64,000 bases of DNA from Eledone cirrhosa. Lineage: Eukaryota. The notes under the pieces are model-generated. The model ran no database searches. It was not told the DNA's origin and was given only the letters and a program-made list of their open reading frames with translations. Shown piece by piece: positions 40,006 through 52,912 of the stretch. The position numbers were made by a program, and so were the translations under genes. Position 1 is the first letter of the stretch, and every line of letters begins with the position of its first letter. Location of the stretch: NCBI GenBank assembly GCA_964016885.1, contig OZ024741.1, forward strand, positions 412,362,001 to 412,426,000, written 5' to 3'.

Positions 40006-40344
40006 ATCTTTAAATTCCTGTCCAAGCCATTATAAATAACAGCTGTGGCATCAAAGAGAGCTTTTTTCAACACCTATTACTACCAATATATATATATTTT
40101 GAGTTGGGAAGTAATGTAACAATGAGTTTCTAGTTTATGCTAGAACTAACAGCTAAATTCCATTTAAATTCCTGTCCACACAACCACCTTAAATAGTTGC
40201 TGTGACATCTCAGAGGGCCTTGTTTAACACCTACTATTACTAAAATATATATTTTGTTTTTGGGGAATGTAATGCAACAAAGAATATCTAGATTTTGCCA
40301 TAACAGCTTGCTCGTGAGACTAACATGTAACTCAGTATTCCACA

Positions 40345-40566
40345 TAGAGAAGTACCCTTAATGTAGCACTCAGGGAGATTCAGTAACACTGTGCATTACA
40401 TATCTGGTACTTTAAATCACAGTTACAACTCATTTTTGTAATTTGAGTGGACAAGAGAAACATGAAAATAGTCTCTCTCTCTCTCCTGAGGACACAACAC
40501 ACAGTTGGAATCAAACTCGTGACTTTGCAGTTGTGTGTTAAACACCCTAATCCCTAAGCTACGCAT
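40345..40566 (-). mobile_element. Degenerate tRNA-derived SINE
   Basis: Minus strand gcgtagcttagggattagggtg...gagtttgattcc...gtgttgtgtcctcagg. Confidence 0.5.
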
Positions 40567-41142
40567 CTTTGCGAGAAGTCAACCTAAAATAAACATGTAC
40601 TCAATAAATCTCCTAAACATTTTGTTAGTTGAGCTTTTACTGTTGAAAGGCTTTGGCTGCTATTTCTAGCTGTCGATAAGCCTATTCACATCACTGGGAT
40701 GACGGCAGAGCGCTGTGCATTTTTCCAAACCACACGTGCTTTTCTTTGTTATTCCTTGATTTGTTCTTAGGATGTAATCATAGATAGTTTCAAATCCTCT
40801 CCTTTGCTGGCAATCCAGGATTTAACATCTATGATTCCCCTTATTAATGGTGAAATATATTTCTTTAATGGAATATATACAAAGGAAATTAATCATTATT
40901 GCAAGGTATCTTTATTCAAAGTTCTCGTTAATTTTACTATGTTACCTCCGTAACTATGTGTGTTTACACTCTTTACAAATTATCCCTGTCAATGTTTGAT
41001 ATGTTTATTTATATATATATATATGTCAATCAACCTTTCATTTGGTTTTTGATAAATGCATGGATTTATTCTTTAGAATCTTTGATCTTCTACAGGTTGT
41101 ATGGTGTATGTTTCTGATCTCAGACATGACATATTTAATTTT

Positions 41143-43578
41143 TTAGTTGTGTGGATATATTTAATTTATTAGTTGTGAGAATATATTAATCTATTAATTG
41201 TGAGAATATATTAACCTATTAGTTGTGGGGATATATTAATTTATTAGATGTGTGGATATATTAATCTATTAGTTGTGAGAATATATTAATTTATTAGTTG
41301 TGAGAATATATTAATCTATTAGTTGTGGGAATATATTAATTTATTAGTTGTGAGAATAAATTAATCTATTAGTTGTGAGAATATATTAATCTATTAGTTG
41401 TGAGAATATATTAATTTATTAGTTGTGAGAATATATTAATCTATTAGTTGTGAGAATATATTAATTTATTAGTTGTGAGAATATATTAATCTATTAGTTG
41501 TGGGAATATATTAATTTATTAGTTGTGAGAATAAATTAATCTATTAGTTGTGAGAATATATTAATCTATTAGTTGTGAGAATATATTAATTTATTAGTTG
41601 TGAGAATATATTAATCTATTAGTTGTGGGGATATATTAATTTATTAGTTGTGAGAATATATTAATCTATTAGTTGTGGGGATATATTAATTTATTAGATA
41701 TGTGGATATATTAATCTATTAGTTGTGGGAATCATCATCATCATCCTCATCATCACCGTTTTACGTCCGTTCTTCCACGCTAGCATGGGTTAGACGGGTT
41801 GTCCTGTTGTGTGCAGTGTCTGGTCGGCTGACCATGCCTTGCTCATACAGGAACTGATCTGGCTTGATTTCTACAGCTGGATGCCCTTCCTAACACCAAC
41901 CTCATTTACAGTGAGTGCTGGGTGCTTTTTCGTGGCGCCTACACGTCCACTTTACAGTGTGGGCTGGGTGCTTTTTTTGCCGTGGCACCTCCACGACCAC
42001 CTTGCGGTGGGGTGTGTGGGGGCATATTGTTTATATGCTTCAGCATGTACCCATGGGAGGTCGGGTACTCTGTATTACTGCGTGACGCCAGAAGTCACGG
42101 TCGTGTGTCATTGTCTTTGAGAGGTGTAATTGGGTAAGGTCGGCTTTTATCACCTCATTCCAGGTCATCTTGGGTCTCCCCACTCCGCGGTTTCCATCAA
42201 CTACTAGTGCTCTGCACCTTTTTATGCAGCTGTCATCCTTCATACGCATCACATGTCCATACCAGCGCAACCGCCTCTCCTGCACACAGCATTTGATTCC
42301 TCTTACGCTCAGTCTCTCTCTCAATTCATTTATGCTTTGTTGTTCACGTATATTACTGTTACACAACCATCGGAGCATGCAGGCTTCGTTTCTCTTTAAT
42401 CTACGTAAGTCTTCCACCTTCAGCGCCCAGGTTTCACTACCATGCAACATCGCTGTTCGGATACACGCATCATACAGTCTGCCTTTCATTCTGAGGGAGA
42501 AGCCTTTTGCAGCTAGCAGTGGTAGTAGTTCCCTAAACTTCTTCCATCCCGTTCTTACCCTAGTTATTGTACTTTCTGAACACCCACCTCCGTTGCTAAT
42601 TCGGTCACCTAGGTAGCAGAAGCTGTCTACTGTTTCTACAGGGCCCTCCCAGAGATTGGTGGTACTTGTTTCCTGTGGCTGTTTGCTGCTTGCTGTTTCA
42701 GCACAGCTGCTGCATGTGAATCCTACATTCTTAATTAAGCTTCCTGAGATCCCGCTACATCTCTTGTGTACCCATTGTTTGCATTTGGGGCAGAGAATGG
42801 AGTTCCTACCTACACCTTTCCTACATACTGAGCAAGGCCATTTCCCTGAGGGGAGGGGGGGATTAGTTGTGAGAATATATTAATCTATTAGTTGTGAGAA
42901 TATATTAATCTATTAGTTGTGGGAATATATTAATTTATTAGTTGTGGGGATATATTAATCTATTAGTTGTGGGGATATATTAATTTATTAGATGTGTGGA
43001 TATATTAATCTATTAGTTGTGTGGATATATTAATCTATTAGTTGTGAGAATATATTAATCTATTAGTTGTGGGGATATATTAATTTATTAGTTGTGAGAA
43101 TATATTAATCTATTAGTTGTGGGGATATATTAATTTATTAGTTGTGAGAATATATTAATCTATTAGTTGTGGGGATATATTAATTTATTAGTTGTGAGAA
43201 TATTTTAATCTATTAGTTGTGGGGATATATTAATTTATTAGTTGTGAGAATATATTAATCTATTAGTTGTGGGGATATATTAATCTATTAGTTGTGAGAA
43301 TATATTAATCTATTAGTTGTGGGGATATATTAATCTATTAGTTGTGAGAATATATTAATTTATTAGTTGTGAGAATATATTAATTTATTAGTTGTGGGGA
43401 TATATTAATCTATTAGTTGTGAGAATATATTAATCTATTAGTTGTGAGAATATATTAATTTATTAGTTGTGGGGATATATTAATCTATTAGTTGTGGGGA
43501 TATATTAATTTATTAGTTGTGAGAATAAATTAATCTATTAGTTGTGGGGATATATTAGTTGTGGGGATTATTAATCTA
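41143..43578. repeat. 25-bp minisatellite (attagttgtg[a/g]ga.tatattaat[c/t]t) in two blocks, 41143-41731 and 42861-43578
   Basis: Read directly; split by an RTE insertion. Confidence 0.96.
41732..42860 (-). mobile_element. 5'-truncated RTE LINE with (GAT)n tail inserted in the minisatellite
   Basis: WPCSVCRKGVG...FCYLGD...AMLHGSETW...RLRWYGHVMR...GRPKMTW; tail catcatcat at 41733. Confidence 0.92.
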
Positions 43579-43667
43579 TTCAAAAATGTATACCTTGCAA
43601 CTGTAGAAGTCTTTCTCTACATCAGTATCTTGTGTGTTTTGTTTGTTTTTGTTTTTGTTAAGAAAAA

Positions 43668-44053
43668 ATATTGATATAGTGAAATATTGATCTAATGAAA
43701 TATTGATATAGTGAAATATTTCCATAACAAAATATTGATATAGTGAAATATGTCCAAAATAAAATATTGATATAGTGAAATATTTCCATAACAAAATATT
43801 GATATAGTGAAATATTTCCAAAATAAATTATTGATATAGTGAAATATTTCCACAATAAAATATTGATGTAGTGAAATATTTCCATAACAAAATATTGATA
43901 TAGTGAAATATTTCCAAAACAAAATATTGATATACTGAAATATTTCCAAAACAAAATAATGATATAGTGAAATATTTCTAAAACAAAATAATGATATAGT
44001 GGAATATTTCCAAAATAAAATATTGATATAGTGAAATATTTCCACAATAAAAT
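43668..44053. repeat. 32-bp minisatellite (aaaatattgatatagtgaaatatttccataac), ~12 copies
   Basis: Period 32, e.g. 43701 to 43733. Confidence 0.95.
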
Positions 44054-44363
44054 ACTTTTATGTTTGTCAAATATATACACCAAAAATAAAAACAAAAAAA
44101 GTAACAAGAAAAACAAAGAAAATGAAAAAATGAAAAACTCTACCTCTGGGGTTCCCAACGTTTTCACTACTAAGAATTTCTTTTATTTAAATATATCTCT
44201 CCACCCCCACTATAGTTACTCCCTTCAGAGATTGTTATAAGTAAAGAAGAACAATCGCAAGAGATAAATGGTTACACTTAGAGAAGACTGTATTCCAAAT
44301 AGTGTTGTTATAAAATTATGGTTTTAATAAAGTACTTCAACTTGTTAGGGATAATAACAATAA

Positions 44364-44395
<32 letters not shown>

Positions 44396-44954
44396 GGGGG
44401 GCGAGAAAGATAGAGAGATAGAGAGAGAGAGAGATAGAGAGAGAGAGAGATAGAGATAGAGAGAGAGAGAGAGAGGGGAATGAATGGCCAGTAGTGTATA
44501 TATTGTTTTAATAAACTACTTGAAACTTATACAGTTTGAATAGCAATTGAAAGAGACAAATGTTGATGTAATTTGTTAATTTGAAGGTTCAAAATTATTG
44601 CCGAGTCTGGCCCATTTATGGCCATTATAGTGCTTTCCTATACAGCTTGATCTGCCCTTCTTTACCCCTTCCACCCTTTTTTCATTACTTTTTTTTCATA
44701 ATTCTATCATTATAAAATAGAGTTGACATATGTTTATGTATAAGAGATAACAAAATGAAAATATTTAAAATAGGAATAAAAAGGCAACTAATGGTTGTAA
44801 AGATTGTACTATGGTATAAAATGTTATCAGTCCATGGCAGTGGAGAGGCGATACTATAAACTTCAAGAGAATACAGTTTGTCTGGCGCTCTAATCATTTT
44901 GCCAGTCTGCCACCCTTAATAATTTGTCATATTATGATTATGAATGTGTGCTGT

Positions 44955-45125
44955 CACTGCATTACTGAGCACAGCTCAGTGTGACCTGGGTATGTGCACT
45001 GTTGTTTTTATGTACTCTATGTAATATGTGAGCAGTATCTAGTAAAGTTATTTTTTATGTTGTATATATTTGTAAATCCTGGGGTACTGTATATAATATA
45101 TTTGCATGCCTAGTAGTGCTATTGT
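44955..45125 (-). mobile_element. 3' stub of an R4-like family (family C), degenerate
   Basis: tactgagcacagctc...gggtatg and cctagtagtgctat are shared with 56088-56232 and 57915-58100. Confidence 0.5.
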
Positions 45126-45371
45126 ATATATTTTGTATATATTTTGAAGGTACTGGATATATGTATAGAGTTCTTAGTACTGATATATTCTGTACGTTGT
45201 ATACATGTGTAAGTTTTCAGTTACTCTGCATAATGTGTATGGCCCCACGACCCTCTTAGGAATAAACAGGTGAAGCAGAGGAAAAAGAAGAAGGATAATT
45301 TCTCTTTTTCTTCAACATCTATATTATTATTATCAATATTATTATAGTTGCTGTTGTTGTTGCCATTATTG

Positions 45372-45575
45372 GTGGATTGGCAGTATCGGTAGAGGGTCGG
45401 ATGCCATGCTTTGACGCATAGAGTTACGGCCCTTGCCATCCTGAGTTCAAATCCCGCCGAAATTAACTTTGTCTTTCATCCTTACGGGGTCGATAAAATA
45501 AAGTACCAGTAATGCACTGGGATAATTGCTGGCCTTGTGCCAAAAGTAGAAACAATTATTATTATTAGTATTATT
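45372..45575 (+). mobile_element. tRNA-derived SINE with (ATT)n tail
   Basis: gtggattggcagtatcggtagag...gagttcaaatcccgcc...gtagaaacaattattatt. Confidence 0.85.
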
Positions 45576-45579
45576 ACAG

Positions 45580-47860
45580 TTGCGTTTATCTTGCTTTATG
45601 TTCATACGAGTTATCACCAAGTCACAACCAGTGACCTCAAGAGACAACAAGGTCCACCATGTTCAAGAAAGAACATACATACACTCACATGCAACTTTAG
45701 GTGTTTAGACTTGTGATGTACTTATATTGACAGAATCTTCCCTTCCTTAGTATATGGGCAGTTCCCATTAGTACTATCTTTTGTATTTTTCCTATACGCG
45801 GGTTTCCTGGGATTTGCAATAAGTAATCATTAGCCCTTTTAGGTATCATTCCTAGAGCGCCTACAACCACTGGTATTGTTTTAGTTCTCAATTTCCACAT
45901 TTTTCCAATTTCTATCTCCAGGTCCTTATACTTGCTCAATTTTTCAAATGTTTTTATAGATACATTCTTGTCTATTGGAACAGACATATCAATTAGCAGG
46001 CATACCCTCTATTTAAAGTCCTTCAATATTATATCAGGTCTATTTGCATCTATTTTTCGGTCTGTTTGGATGCTAAAGTTCCACAAGATTGAGATGTGAT
46101 CTTTTTCATGTATGGGAGGTGGTTGATGCTCCCACCAATTCTTTTGATGGGGCAGGTCAAAATGCTTACACATTATCCAATGTATGTATTGTGCAGCTCT
46201 GTCGTGCCTGTTTAAGTATTCGGTTGGAGCTATAGGACTGCACAATCAAATTATATGATCAATGGTCTCTGGTTGTTTTTTACATACACAGCATAATGGG
46301 TTGCATCCATTTTTTATTATGTTGGCTTGGTAATCTTTTGTTGGCAGACACTGATCTTGTGCTGATATAATCAGTCCTTCAGTCTCCGATTTCAGTCCAG
46401 AGGATGCCAACCACTGATCGGTTAAAGTTTTGTCAACATCAGGATTGTTAGCTCTCTCTGGGTATTTTCCATACAGAGGCTTTTTTTGCCATTTCTTAGC
46501 CAGTTTCTGTACCAGTTCTTTCTTTGCAGTTACTTTTACCTGCCTTGCTTTTTCTGTGTTTTATTCATTTCAGCAGTAAATGGAACTTCTGAAATTTGTA
46601 GTCTATTACTGTATCTTTGTGCATCTTTTGTAATGGAGTATGATTTTTTGATGCTTTCATGTTTCAAAACGAGTTTGATGATCCAATCATGGGATTCCCT
46701 TAGATATGTAGATAATCCAATTGTTGCAGTTTTCAACGCAATATCTAACTGGATTAACCCACATCTTCCTTCTTTCCTAGGGAGATATATTCTATCTGTA
46801 TCTGCCTTAGGGTGATGCATTCTGTGCATGGTTAAGAATTTTCTAATTTTTGTATCGAACCTATGGATCTCTGTGCTTGAGCAGTTGATGACATTGTAAC
46901 TGTAGGTTACTACTGGTATGGCAAGCGTGTTTATGGCATCGATCCTACTCCTTGCATTCAATTCCGTTCTTAAGATTGCTCTTACTCTGCGGTAACATTC
47001 CTTCCTTATCCTTTCCCTCATTGTCGAGTGCTTGATTCCATCTCCTTCACAAACACCTAGATATTTGTAAGTTTCCTCTTGATCAAGTTCTCTTATCACA
47101 TTCCCCCAATTAAGATTAATGTCTGAACTTTTCAGCAGCTTTCCTCTGGTGAACATTGCTTTGGCGCATTTATCTAGTCCAAACTCCATTTTAATGTCAT
47201 CATTGAACTGCTTCACAGTGGAGAATAGCCCTTACAATTGTTCATCATTTTTTGCAAATAGTTTCAGGTCATCCATATAGAACAAGTGATTAATGGTTTT
47301 GTCATAGACTTTATATCCATGTTTTGTTTCATTGAGCATTTTACTTAATAGTATAAGTGCGATGCAGAATAAAAGCGGTGATAAAGAGTCACCCTGAAAA
47401 ATTCCACAATTAATATTAACTTCTCCAGCTTCCAGTGATTCTTTTTCACTATTCAAAAGGACTGTCGTTTTCCATGTTTTCATACTGAATGACGGGAGCC
47501 TCCTGACAATGGGAGATATTTTGAAAATCTTTAAACATTTTTCAATCCAGCTTTATGACCTCTCTTGGGTTTGCTATAATTCTGGAGAATTCAGCAGCCA
47601 AGGCTTCATAAGTACATCCATATGATTCAGCCAGAAATTCTATACGCCATCTCAGCCAGGTGATTTCCAGTTTCCAAAGTGAAAGCAGGGATTTTCAGTT
47701 ATTCCAGCCATGTGGACTGGAGTTGTGGTCTTCAGCTTTTTCACAGATATTTGCCCCTAAGTGTACAACCACATCAAGCTCAGGTGATTGCCTTATTTCA
47801 ATTTTTATTACCTAACTCTCTGTAAAATCTCTTGGTATCTTCGGAAAACATTTTGTTTGG
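45580..47860 (-). mobile_element. R4/Dong-like RLE non-LTR retrotransposon family A, 5'-truncated and degenerate
   Basis: GIFQGDSLSPLLF, HLFYMDDLKL, RIYLPRKEG, RHD, NRPDI, IDMSVP, KYKDL; flanked by (TTA)n. Confidence 0.9.
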
Positions 47861-47892
47861 TTATTATTATTATTATTATTCTTTGATGGCCA

Positions 47893-48090
47893 GTGGATTG
47901 GCAGTATCGGTAGAGGGTCGGACGCCATGCTTTGACGCATAGAGTTACGGCCCTTGCCATTCTGAGTTCAAATCCCGCCGAGGTTAACTTTGCCTTTCAT
48001 CCTTATGGGGTCGATAAAATAAAGTACCAGTAATACACTGGGTAATTGCTGGCCTTGTGCCAAAAGTAGAAACAATTATTATTATTATTA
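47893..48090 (+). mobile_element. tRNA-derived SINE with (ATT)n tail
   Basis: Same family as 45372. Confidence 0.85.
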
Positions 48091-48218
48091 TTCTTTGAGT
48101 CTCAGTCATTGATGTTAGTTAACTGGAAAGTTTGTTGAAATGAATATCAAGCCATTACCTGCAGCCTCAGATATTCAGGACGTATCGGAGAGTTCTTGCT
48201 GTTCCAAGCAAGCATACC

Positions 48219-48221
<3 letters not shown>
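48091..48221 (-). mobile_element. R4/Dong-like family B 3' stub
   Basis: Matches 49356-49485 and 54344-54475; (TTA)n on both sides. Confidence 0.8.
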
Positions 48222-48261
<40 letters not shown>

Positions 48262-48263
<2 letters not shown>

Positions 48264-48441
48264 GGATTGGCAGTCTGAGTTCAAATCCTGCAGAGGTTAA
48301 GTTAGCCGTTCATCCTTACGGGGTCGATAAAATAAAGCACCAGTAACGTACTGGGGTCGATTTAATCAACTTTCCCCTCCCCCAAAATTACTGGCCTTGT
48401 GCCTATAGTAGAAATTATTATTATTATTATTATTATTATTA
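48262..48441 (+). mobile_element. SINE, internally deleted head, (ATT)n tail
   Basis: B-box plus the core catccttacggggtcgataaaataaag. Confidence 0.8.
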
Positions 48442-48442
48442 T

Positions 48443-49164
48443 TTGCATTTATCTTGCTTTATGTTTATACGAGTTATCACCAAGTCACAACCAGTGACCT
48501 CAAGAGACAACAAGGTCCGCCATGTTCAAGAAAGAACATACATATTCACACATGCATCCTTAGTGTTTAGACTTGTGATGTACTTATATTGACAGGATCT
48601 TCCTTAGTATATGGGCAGTTCCCATTAGTACTATCTTTTGTATTTCTCCTATACGCGGGTTTCCTGGGATTTGCGATAAGTAGTCGTTAGACCCCTTAGG
48701 TATCATTCCCAGAGAGCCTACAACCACTGGTATTGTTTTAGTTCTCAATTTCCACATTTTTCCAATTTCTATCTCCAGGTCTTTATACTTGCTCAATTTT
48801 TCAAATGTTTTTATAGATACATTCTTGTCTATTGGAACAGACATATCAATTAGCAGGCATACCCTCCTTTGAAAGTCCTTCAATATTATATCAGGTCTAT
48901 TTGCATCTATTTTTCGGTCTGTTTGGATGCTAAAGTTCCACAAGATTGAGATGTGATCTTTTTCAAGTATGGGAGGTGGTTGATGCTCCCACCAATTCTT
49001 TTGATGGGGCAGGTCAAAATGCTTACACATTATCCAATGTATGTATTGTGCAGCTCTGTCATGCCTGTTTAGGTATTCGGTTGGAGCTATAGGACTGCAC
49101 ATTGAAATTATATGGTCAATGGTCTCTGGTTGTTTTTTGCATACACGGCATAATGGGCTGCACA
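48443..49164 (-). mobile_element. R4/Dong-like family A 3' fragment with open CCHC + RLE
   Basis: ORF 48584-49165 reads CRVC...ETIDHIISMC...RHD...RPDI...KYKDL; flanked by (TTA)n. Confidence 0.9.
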
Positions 49165-49170
49165 TTATTA

Positions 49171-49218
<48 letters not shown>

Positions 49219-49219
<1 letters not shown>

Positions 49220-49352
49220 GAGTTCAAATCCTGCAGACGTTAACTTTGCCTTTCATCCTTACGGGGTCGATAAAATAAAGTACCAGTAATGCACTGGGAA
49301 ATTGCTGGTCTTGTGCCAAACGTAGAAACAATTATTATTATTATTATTATTA
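49219..49352 (+). mobile_element. 5'-truncated SINE with (ATT)n tail
   Basis: Begins at B-box gagttcaaatcc. Confidence 0.8.
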
Positions 49353-49355
49353 ATG

Positions 49356-52300
49356 TTCTTTGAGTCTCAGTCATTGATGTTATTTAACTGGAAAGTTTGT
49401 TGAAATGAATATCAAGCCGCTACCTGCAGCCTCAGATATTCAGGACGTATCTGAGGGTTCTTGCTGTTCCCAGCAAGCATGCCTTTTGAAGTGTTCCAAA
49501 AAGCAATGCTGGACTAATTTTCTTTAACCATCCTTGGAAACTCTTTGTGATAGTACTTAGTGCGCCTATGACAATCGGGACCACTTTGACTTCATGGCAG
49601 TTCCAAATCCTTTTTACCTCCCACTTTAAGTCCTGGTATCGGTTAATTTTCTCCCTCTCCTTCTCTTGCACTCTCGTGTCGAATGGGCGGGCTTCATCTA
49701 CAATCAGGCATGATCTTTTTTCCTTGTCCAAAACCACCAGGTCAGGTCTATTGTGTTCCAGTTTCTTGTCCGTCTGTATCCTAAAATCCCACAGCACCTT
49801 CACCTGATCGTTTTCTATCACAGGCTCTGGCTTATGCTCATACCACTTCTCAGAATGTGGTAAATTGTTTACTTTGCATAGGTGCCAGTAGATCACCCTG
49901 CATCACATCATGTCTCCAGCCTTTATAGTGAGTCTGGGCTAGGTGTTTACACTCGGATACAATGTGAGCCACAGTCTCCTCTCTCTCTCCACAGATCCTA
50001 CACAGTGGGCTAGCCTCCTCCTTGTAAATATGGTGTTTCACCCACTTCGTTTTGAGGGCATGCTCTTGCGCAGCCATTAGCATTCCTTCTGTATCCTTTT
50101 TAAGGTCTCCTCTTTTTAACCAGTTCCATGTCTGTGGATCTCTAAATTCAGTTTTCTCAAAGAAGGTACTATGAAGGGATTTTTCCTGACGGTTGGTCTT
50201 CCTCCTTGGACATCCCCTGGTCTATTGTCCTCTCCTTCAGTACAATTCTGAGCATTGACTCCCTACTGTCAGTCACATATTTGTGTAGGTTGTTTTTCTC
50301 CATCTGAACACAGTCCTCAATGCTGATAAGACCTCTTCCACCTTCAGATCTCCTTAAGTAGAGTCTATCGACATCACTCCTCTTGTGGAACATGTTGTAG
50401 ATAGTCAATAGCTTCCTAGTCTTCCTATCCATTTTTTTTTGTTCAGCAACATTCCATTTCAGAATTCCCGCACTGTACCTAATAATAGACACAGCTCGGG
50501 AATTTACTGCACTTATTGCATTCCTGCAGTTCAGATGTGATTTTAATACGCTCCTTACTCTCCGAATGTATTCAGATCTTATCAATTCCTTCATTTTTTT
50601 TGTTTTTGATGTCATCTGCCTCCAGAACACCTAAATATTTGTATCCTTCTTCAGTGTCAATTTCCTTTATCATCTCACCTGTTGGTACCTGGATTCTGTT
50701 GCTTCTGCTCAATTTACCCCTCTTCATCACTAGCAAGAGGGGTAAATACCAAATTGCATACATATATCATTGCTGAAAATACGGACAGTGTCAACAAGCA
50801 CATCCAACTCCTTCTCACTCTTCCCGAAGAGCTTAAGATCGTCCATGAAGAGGAGGTGATTGATGGTAAGCCCTCCCTTTCCCAACCTGTATCCTGCTCT
50901 CACTTTTCACAGTACACTGGTCAGGGGCATCAGGGCAAGGACAAACAACAGAGGGGACAGACTATCTCCCTGGAAGATACCTCTCTTGATCTTCACGCTT
51001 CCCAAGGATTCTCCAGTTGATGTTAACTCTGTTTCCCAGGACTTCATACTTTGTCCAACAACTGCCTGATGTTATCTGCCACCTTGAAGACCTCCAGGCT
51101 TTTGGTGATCCAAGAATGAGGCACCATGTCAAATGCCTTTTTGTAGTCTATCCATCCCATGGCAAGACCAGTGTGTCTCCTCTTGCAATCCCTCATTACC
51201 ATCTTATCAATAAGTAACTGGTCCTTTTTACCACGTGTCTTCTTTCGGCATCCTTTCTGCTCGTCCGGTAACAAGTTGTTTGTGTGGAGGTGATGGTAGA
51301 TTTCCTCAGACATAATGCTTGTTAACAGTTTCCACATTACGGACAGACATGTGATAGGTCTATAGTTGGTAACATCATTACCCTTGATTCGGTCTTTCAT
51401 TATCAGAACTGTGGTACCTTTTGTCAACCACTCTGGTACCTCACCTGACATCAAGCAGTCATTGAACATGGTTGTCAGTTTCGGGTGGAGGGATGTTATA
51501 TTTTTAATCCAATACCCCTGCACACCATCTGGGCCAGGTGATTTCCAGTTGGTTAGATTTTTGGCCTGCCCCTTAAGAGTTTCAACTGTGATACTCAAAT
51601 CAGTTTGTTGGTATGCCTGTTCACTAATCTCCTTCTGTACTGTCTCAATCCACACTGACTGGTCATTATGTTTAACATCCTGCTCCCATATTCCTCTCCA
51701 GAATGTTTTAGTTTGTTCCGCCTCAGGGATCAAGTCGTTGCCTCTTTCTTTCCCTTCAAGCTGTCCAAACAGCATCTTCTGGTTGTTGTCGAACATGCGG
51801 TTCTGTCTATACTCACTGACTCTGTTCTCGTATCGCCTGATTTTTGCACTCTTTGCTACAATGCGTTGCTTCAGTTCCTCTATGACAATATTTAGTTTTT
51901 TCCTCCTAGTTTTGTACTTTATTTCCAGTCTATTTTTAGTGTCTATGTTTTTTAGTGTCCCATTCAGTAGGGACTCAAGCTTTCCAATGTCATTTCTCAT
52001 TTCCCTGATTTGACCACTCAGTCGTTTCTTCCACCAAGGCTCTGCTCTTTCTTGTCTGTTGTTTCCTCTCGCTTTTATACCAAGTAGTTTCCTCACCGTA
52101 TTTTCTGTTGCTTTGAGGATATTGTTGCACTGGTGAAGGCTCCTCGCCTCAAGGTATGGGATGACTTTGTTTACCTTAGCTGTTGTTTCTTTTAACTTTT
52201 TCCTGTCTACAAATCTTAGGTTCATAGGTCTCCCACTATCATTGTTCAATTCATCTACCACTAAGTTTAGGATATCAACCAAATCTTGTCCTAGCCCGTC

Positions 52301-52912
52301 AGCATTCATCTCCTCAGTGGCCGTATCTCTGTTCCAGGTATTATTTATCTCAGCATTCAGATCATTGTCTGCTTCGGGTGGTTCCTCCGTTCTCTCGACC
52401 TCTTCACCTTCATTTCCCACTGACTCGTTTGTTTGGCATACTCCACTCTCCATCTCCAAGCTAATCTCTCTGCTCAGTTCCTCCAGTTCCAGCTCGCTTA
52501 TCCACCCATTAGTTCTTATTACCCGAGCCTGCCGGCCAATTTTTGTTCATCTAATTTAAATAGACCAATCTCGTTCCAGATGTTATGCATCCGTTTCCTA
52601 TAGCCTTTTTCCTTGGGGTTACTCTTCAGGTAACATTGCATAACAGTTCTATTCAATTCGTTCGTCCAGTTGGTTCTTGTCCCTTTCCTTCTTCTTCTTC
52701 CTCCGACACCAGCAGTATTTGGTTGACAGCCAGGTCCCTGCTGCTGAGCCAGGGAGCACCTGTTGGGTGAGAGTCTGTCACATGACATTCTAGTCTCCAT
52801 TTCACCGTTATTCGAACTGTTTAGGTTCGACATTTAAACACTCTTATCGAGGATTGGCGAATGTATGGTTACATAACCACCGGTGAATTCATCGCCTCCG
52901 GTGGTTTCGTCA
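49356..52912 (-). mobile_element. Near full-length R4/Dong-like retrotransposon family B (frameshifted)
   Basis: N-terminal RTNWTNELN...CY...GYRKRM..IW; WKSPGPDGV; NYRPITCL; EQKGCR; WIDYKKAFDMVPH; CRIC..ETVAHIVSEC; RPDL; KINRYQDL. Confidence 0.93.

Larger units (their letters stand above)
35811..40290. repeat. Degenerate ~150-bp tandem repeat split by nested LINE insertions
   Basis: The unit taacaaagagtatctagtttatgctagaaa...gggccttgtttaacac starts at ~35811, 35968, 36111 and 36267, and resumes at ~39205 and 40010-40290. Confidence 0.8.

Noticed and set aside
40665-40825. Short minus-strand open stretch (ILDCQQRRGFETIYDY...) as a possible exon
   Set aside because: It has no recognisable motif or convincing splice-site pair.
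41143-44053. CRISPR-like arrays
   Set aside because: The units are contiguous with no unique spacers, the context is eukaryotic and there are no cas genes.
43576-44167. Hydrophobic repeat ORFs
   Set aside because: These are translations of the 32-bp minisatellite.
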